Shown one piece after another: positions 36,463 to 42,005 of a DNA stretch of 42,005 bases. The stretch is from Octopus sinensis (Eukaryota). The notes under the pieces are model-generated. The model saw only the letters and a program-made list of their open reading frames with translations, was not told where the DNA came from and did no database searches. The DNA lies in the NCBI RefSeq assembly GCF_006345805.1, contig NW_021835195.1:1-42005 (forward strand), in the 5' to 3' direction. The stretch's first letter is position 1. Every line of letters begins with the position of its first letter. The position numbers were made by a program, and so were the translations under genes.

Positions 36463-37080
36463 GCAGTTGAGGGAACCTGTGGAAGAGGTAGACCCAGGAA
36501 AACCTGGGACGAGATGGTGAAGCACGACCTTCGAACTTTAGGTCTCACCAAGGAAATGACTAGAGACCGAGACCTATGGAAGTATGCTGTGCGTGAGAAG
36601 ACCAGTGAGAACAGTCAAAATCAAACCAAATCAACATCAGTGGAAATTGCAGCTGTGGTTAAGCAAACCATCCGATCGTTTGTCCGTTGCCAGCCTCGCC
36701 TGACCCCTGTGCCGTTGGCACGTAAAAGCACCATCCGCTCGTGTCCGTTGCCAGCCTTGCCTGGCCCCCGTGCCGGTAGCACGTAAAAGCACCATCCGTT
36801 CGTGTCCATTGCCAGCCTCACCTGGCCCCTGTGCCGGTGGCACATAAAAACACCATCTGTTTGTGGCCGTTTGCCAGCTCTGTCTGGCACCTGTGCAGGT
36901 GGCACGTAAAAGGCACGCACTACACTCACGGAGTGGTTGGCGTTAGGAAGGGCATCCAGCCGTAGAAACGCTGCCAAATTTGACTGGGCCTGATGAAGCC
37001 TTCCGGCTTCACAGACCCCAGTTAAACCGTCCAACCCATGCTAGCATGGAAAACGGACGCTAAATGATGATGATGATGAT
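36463..37080 (+). mobile_element. RTE LINE 3' end: ORF C-terminus, repeat-containing 3' UTR and (GAT)n tail
   Basis: GRGRPRKTWDEMVKHDLRTLGL...DRDLWK is an RTE C-terminal signature. Confidence 0.8.
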
Positions 37081-38069
37081 ATATATATACAAAATTTACT
37101 TGGAAGAGGATGCGTGACGTATGTTGTGTGCGTGTGTGTGTATATATATATATATATATGTATGTATTATGTATGAATGTAGGGTGGTCGGGAGGTATAT
37201 ACAGTAATGCCTCAATATACAAGTTAATTTGTTCTCAGAGGTTGTTCGTAAAGTGAGAACTCGCAAAATGGTGCTATAATTTCCCATAATAGCAAGGTTA
37301 TAATTCGTTCCCAGAAAAATATTTTATCAATAAAATTTATAATACTCTAAAATAAATGACAATAAAACAACAGCAGAATGTAAAGAATATTTTATGTAAA
37401 GTAAAAAGAATGTTGAGATCATTTATAATAAGAAGTATTATTATTAGAATTGTTTTCTGAATCACTGTCACTCGCATTAGACTCACGCACACCATCACTT
37501 GAAAATGTGATCACCGATTCACAAGCACTTGTAGATTTCTTTTTAAAACACAAGTCTCAACTTCTATGAAACATCCCCCTCTATGCTCTGTACCACTAAT
37601 ATTCCCCCACCACCACTACCTTTTGTGTATGTCCTCATACATCTCCAACATCATCTACTTCTCTCTATATATCTATCATTCTCTCCTTTCTTTTCCTACT
37701 GGAATCGTCAGGTTTCTCCTCTATAGTAAGACACTCGTCTCTCTCCTGCTGTTATACATCAACCTCCCAACTGACAAAAAGCCATCCCCCTCGCTTCCAC
37801 TCCCTCTGACAACCGAGTGGATCTTTATCTTGCGAGTTACTTGGTGATCCCCAATGATGCTGGTGCCACATAAAAAGCACCCAATGCACTTAGTAAAGGG
37901 GTTGGTGTTAGGAAGGGCCTCCAGCCATGGGAACCTTGCCAAAGCAGACAATAGATCCCCAGGACTTATTCTTTCTACACCTAGTACTTATTCTATCTGT
38001 CCCTTTTGCCAAACTGCTTAACTCACCAGCATCGGTTGTCAAGCGATATTGGGGGACAAACACAAACAT

Positions 38070-38427
38070 AGGCGCAGGAGTGGCTGTGTGGTAAGTAGCT
38101 TGCTAACCAACCACATGGTTCCGGGTTCAGTCCCACTGCGTGGCATCTTGGGCAATTGTCTTCTGCTATAGCCTCGGGCCAACCAATGCCTTGTGAGTGG
38201 ATTTGGTAGACGGAAACTGAAAGAAGCCTGTCGTATATATGTATATATATATGTGTGTTTGTTTGTGTGTCTGTGTTTGTCCCCCTAGCATTGCTTGACA
38301 ACCGATGTTGGTGTGTTTACGTCCCCGTCACTTAGCGGTTCGGCAAATAAGTGCCGGGGTCGATTTGCTCGACTAAAGGCGGTGCTCCAGCATTGCCGCA
38401 GACAAATGACTGAAACAAGTAAAAGAG
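38070..38427 (+). mobile_element. tRNA-CORE SINE, flanked by inverted fragments of the same and RTE families
   Basis: GGCGCAGGAGTGGCTGTGTGGTAAG...GGTTCAGTCCC...CTTGGGCAA...GACTGAAACAAGTAAAAGA. Confidence 0.8.
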
Positions 38428-39489
38428 AAAAGAGAGAGAGATATACATACACATAACAGGCTTCATTTAGTTTCCACCCACCAAATCCACTCACAGGGCT
38501 TTGGTCAGCTCGAGGTTATTATAGAAGACACTTACCCAAGGTGTCCATGCTTGGCATGGGTTGTACATTTTGACCAGGGCTGGAAGGCTGCATCTGATTC
38601 CTGTCTGATTTCGCATGGTTTCTACGACTGGATGCTCTTCCTTTCACCAACCACTCTGAGAGTGTAATGGGTGCTCAACAATAGAATGAAGAGTTAAAGA
38701 ATGCAGATGTCCGAAATGTGGAACATTCTTGAAACTACTGGAAAGTTTAGAATTCCATTTTAAACAAGGACAGAGATTCATAATTGAGACTGATTTCACT
38801 TGTGCATCAAAAATTTAATTTGTGCAATAACTAGTTCAGGATGTGAACACACAAAAAAGAAGAAGCATGGATGTCCCTCAGACAGAGAACACATTTCATG
38901 AGGAATAGATTCATTTCCCAAGTTACAGACATTGTTTATGAGTTTTATTTTTCAAGCACAACATCCAAATTTTGAAAGCTTCTACTACCATAACAAATGC
39001 ATCTGTGTCTTACCAAGAAGTTTATAAAGAGCAAAGGAATGCTTCTCAGTAAACAACTCTAGACTTGTTTCTTTGCTTGTGAATCAGTGGTCACGTCTAC
39101 AAATGATGGTGTCCCTGAGTCTTTTCAAAGTGATTCAGAAAACAATTATAATAATAATATTTTGTTTATTCTAAATGATCTTGACATTGTTTTTACTTTA
39201 CATAAAATATTCTTTACATTCTACTGTTGTTTTATTGTCATTTATTTACAAGTATTATGAATTTTAGAGGCAAAATATTTTTCTGGGAATGAATTACAGT
39301 TTATAACATTGCTTCTCTGGGAAATTATTGCTTTGCTTTATGAGTTTTCACTTTAGGAGCAATCTCCAGGAAGAAATTAACTCATATATCAAGGCATTAT
39401 TGTATCTGACATTATTTTGGCTCAAGTCCAGCAATTTCAGGGGAAGGAATAAGTTGAATAACCACATGAATCAGCATGTGTGCTTTTTA

Positions 39490-39850
39490 CATGAACTAGG
39501 ACAGTGGCCTTTTACAGGGACCAGCTGAGATCCCCTTCGGTCATGACTGACTATGGGATTGCACCTAGAAAGTTACCCTCCCAGGCACAAGTCCGGGCAA
39601 GGTTGTTTATGGAAGACCAGCAGTCGCCCATGCATACCGGCCTCTCCTCTCCACGCCACCAGTGTTATCCAAGGGAAAGGCAAAGGGGCCGGTACAGCTT
39701 GGCATCAGTGATGTCACAACTCGTTTCTACAGCTGAGTGAACTGGAGCAATGTGAAATAAAGTGTCTTGCTCAAGAACACAACATGTAGCCTGGTTCGGG
39801 ATTTGAACTCACAACCTCAGAATCATAAGCTCAATGCTCAAACCAGTGAC
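39490..39850 (-). mobile_element. tRNA-headed SINE with an RTE-like 3' end
   Basis: Minus-strand tRNA-like head (TTGTGAGTTCAAATCCC) and tail AGTCATGACCGAAGGG. Confidence 0.55.
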
Positions 39851-40519
39851 ATATATATATACATGTATATATATATGTATATATATACATACATATATAT
39901 ATATATATATACATACATATATATATATATACATACATATGTATATATATACATACATATGTATATATATACATATATATGTATATATACATACATATGT
40001 ATATATACATACATACATATATGTATATATATATATATACATACATATCTATATAAGAATTGTTTGCGTAAGGAGATAAACAAAACCAAGGCTGTGTAGA
40101 TATTAGAACGTTTATAGACCTTCTATCTATAAATGTTCTAATATCTACACAGCCTTGGTTCTTTATCTCATTACGCAAATAATTCTTATATACACACGCT
40201 GACATGTGACCAACGTTGAAACCCCTTTGCAAAATTACCGAACCTGGAACTTAACTATGTAATTTGCACCTGTGTAATTTACACAGGTAATTTTCTGGAT
40301 AAAAACTGTTAAAAAGAAGCTTCTACTCATGTAAAATTCACACCCAATTGTTAGCCAGAGGGAAAAGGTTTCCAATTTAGTTGTATTTAGCATAATTTCA
40401 CTTATGATTAGATTTTATTAAATTTTCCCTAATTAAAAATAATTTGTTTAACAGGTATCACATTGAAAGTTATTAAATTATGAAGTGTTTGTGTTGTTTA
40501 TAATAAACTTTATTTTACA

Positions 40520-41159
40520 CTAGCACTATGACCCAGCAACACCGGGTCATAGTGCTAGTGCATGCATATACAGCTGCGTGTGTGCACACGTACACGCAAG
40601 TACTGTCCAAATCTCCGACCATTCACATTCCGCTAGCTGCGGAGGCACATGGCCTAGTGGTTAGAACAGCGGACTCGCGGTCAAGGGATTGTGTTTTCGA
40701 ATCTCAGACCGAGCGATGTGTGTTTATGAGCGAAACACCTAAACTCCACACAGCTCCGACAGAAGGTAATGGTGAAACTTCTGCTGACTCTTTCCTCCTG
40801 CATCTTGAAGTTCACCTGCGATGGACTGGCGTCCCGTCCTGGTGGGGGACCTATACGCCAAGAAACCGGCCCTTATGAGCCAGGCATGGCTCAAGAAGGA
40901 ACAACCATACAGCTAGCTGGCATTCAATTGGTGTATCAAGTTTTGAGCTATTTGATTGAGTTTTGGATAGAAAATTCACAAAAAAGTCATTTCTATTGAT
41001 TTTTTAATGGATTTGCGGGGTGGCTGGGGAAATGTAAAGATGTGCACGACCACCCTTGGACGGTTTTGAATGACCATAGAAAGTGCAAGCCCTCTAATTC
41101 AAAAATTGTGGATTTGTATAAAGGACACACACACAGACATTTTGCCATTTATATATATA
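40520..41159 (-). mobile_element. Second non-autonomous Helitron-like family, carrying a SINE
   Basis: 3' hairpin plus CTAG|T at 40520. The 5' end abuts the CTAG of Helitron copy C. Confidence 0.55.
40641..40905 (+). mobile_element. tRNA-derived SINE with an imperfect 14-bp TSD
   Basis: TGGCCTAGTGG A-box, TTCGAATCTC B-box-like; flanks CATTCCGCTAGCTG / CATACAGCTAGCTG. Confidence 0.6.
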
Positions 41160-41991
41160 CTAGCAGAATTGCCCGGCGTTGCTCGGGGCTGAATTGCTTG
41201 AAAGTACTGAATTATGATGATTAATCAGGCAAATATTGATATAAGTTTACGGTGGGAGATAAGGACTTAACGATCAAACGTGTGCCATTGCATTGTTTTG
41301 GGGGAACCAAATTTCTGATGAGCATTATAGGGGCACCAACTTTAAGTTTGAGAAAGTGTGGTGGTAGTCCGGGGTGCTCAATGGAATTGAGTACCTCTAT
41401 TGTATAGTTGATGACGTCCTCTGGGTCAGGAGTTGTATCGATAGACTGATATACATAGAATTCCCCAGGAATGAGTTTTAGCATTTCATCATTAATATGG
41501 TGAACAGTTTTATTCCTCGGGGCCAGTATAGCCTTTTTGCCAATCCAATCCAAATTCTGATAATTAACTTGTAGATCTGGGAACACTGCATCTCTGAGAT
41601 CAGAAGGCGTCTTAACAATGGTACAAATGGAATCGATGGCAATATTACCATTTTCATCCCCTGGTATTTTGCCTTCGCCAAGTGCAAGGAGGGTGTGAGG
41701 AAATGCTGCTGATGTGATATTACGTCGCATATGAGCACGCATATTGGTGTGAAGTTTGAGAGTTACTTCCCTTTATTTAAAAAAATATGCATTAAAATGG
41801 AAAAAAATGATGGTAAATTATTTGTAAAATCATAGACTCATTGTAGACACGTGCTAATATCCAGAAGGGCTCGATATGAATCATGACTATAAGATACCCG
41901 GTTTTGGTTAAACTGCATCGCAAAATGTGGGAGTAGTTAGGAATCTAAATCGGAGTAGACAGACACACAACCTTTCTTTTATATATAAATA
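41160..41991 (-). mobile_element. Helitron deletion derivative, copy C, carrying a PIF1-family helicase fragment
   Basis: Same ends as copies A and B, with the 5' TC mutated. Confidence 0.8.
41221..41742 (-). pseudogene. Helitron Rep/Hel PIF1-like helicase fragment
   Basis: (HTN)MRAH...ILAPRNKTVHHIN...GLPPHFLKLKVGAPIMLIRNLVPPKQCNGTRLIV; truncated on both sides. Confidence 0.85.
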
Positions 41992-42005
41992 TTTTCGTCC
42001 TAAAA

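Overview
AT-rich, microsatellite-rich eukaryotic DNA. It is most likely a coleoid cephalopod (Octopus-like); this is an inference from the effector-less C2H2 zinc-finger arrays and the SINE/RTE repertoire. The backbone is a cluster of three paralogous single-coding-exon C2H2 zinc-finger genes: 7506-8393 (+, open, 10 fingers), 20775-21823 (+, 12 fingers, one 1-nt frameshift) and 32485-31677 (-, 9 fingers, 13-nt deletion). A pair of head-to-head duplicated putative first-exon modules lies at 2.0-4.7 kb. The rest is nested transposons: Helitrons, tRNA SINEs, RTE and CR1-type LINE ends, and Gypsy and mariner remnants. The standout is a young 6.2-kb Merlin (ISXO2/IS1595-like DDE) transposon at 10279-16475 with GG...CC ends and a perfect 9-bp TSD. 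It is built like a Foldback element: its inverted arms are at least 1.6 kb and contain arrays of a ~316-bp unit (about 7 copies left, 3 right). Each unit carries a diverged, colinear copy of the last 30 codons of a Merlin transposase, and on the left arm these copies are antisense to the gene. A related non-autonomous GG...CC element (16853-19589) and a divergent Merlin fragment (34361-34600) lie nearby. Coordinates were read by eye; those of degenerate repeats are approximate and no database searches were run.
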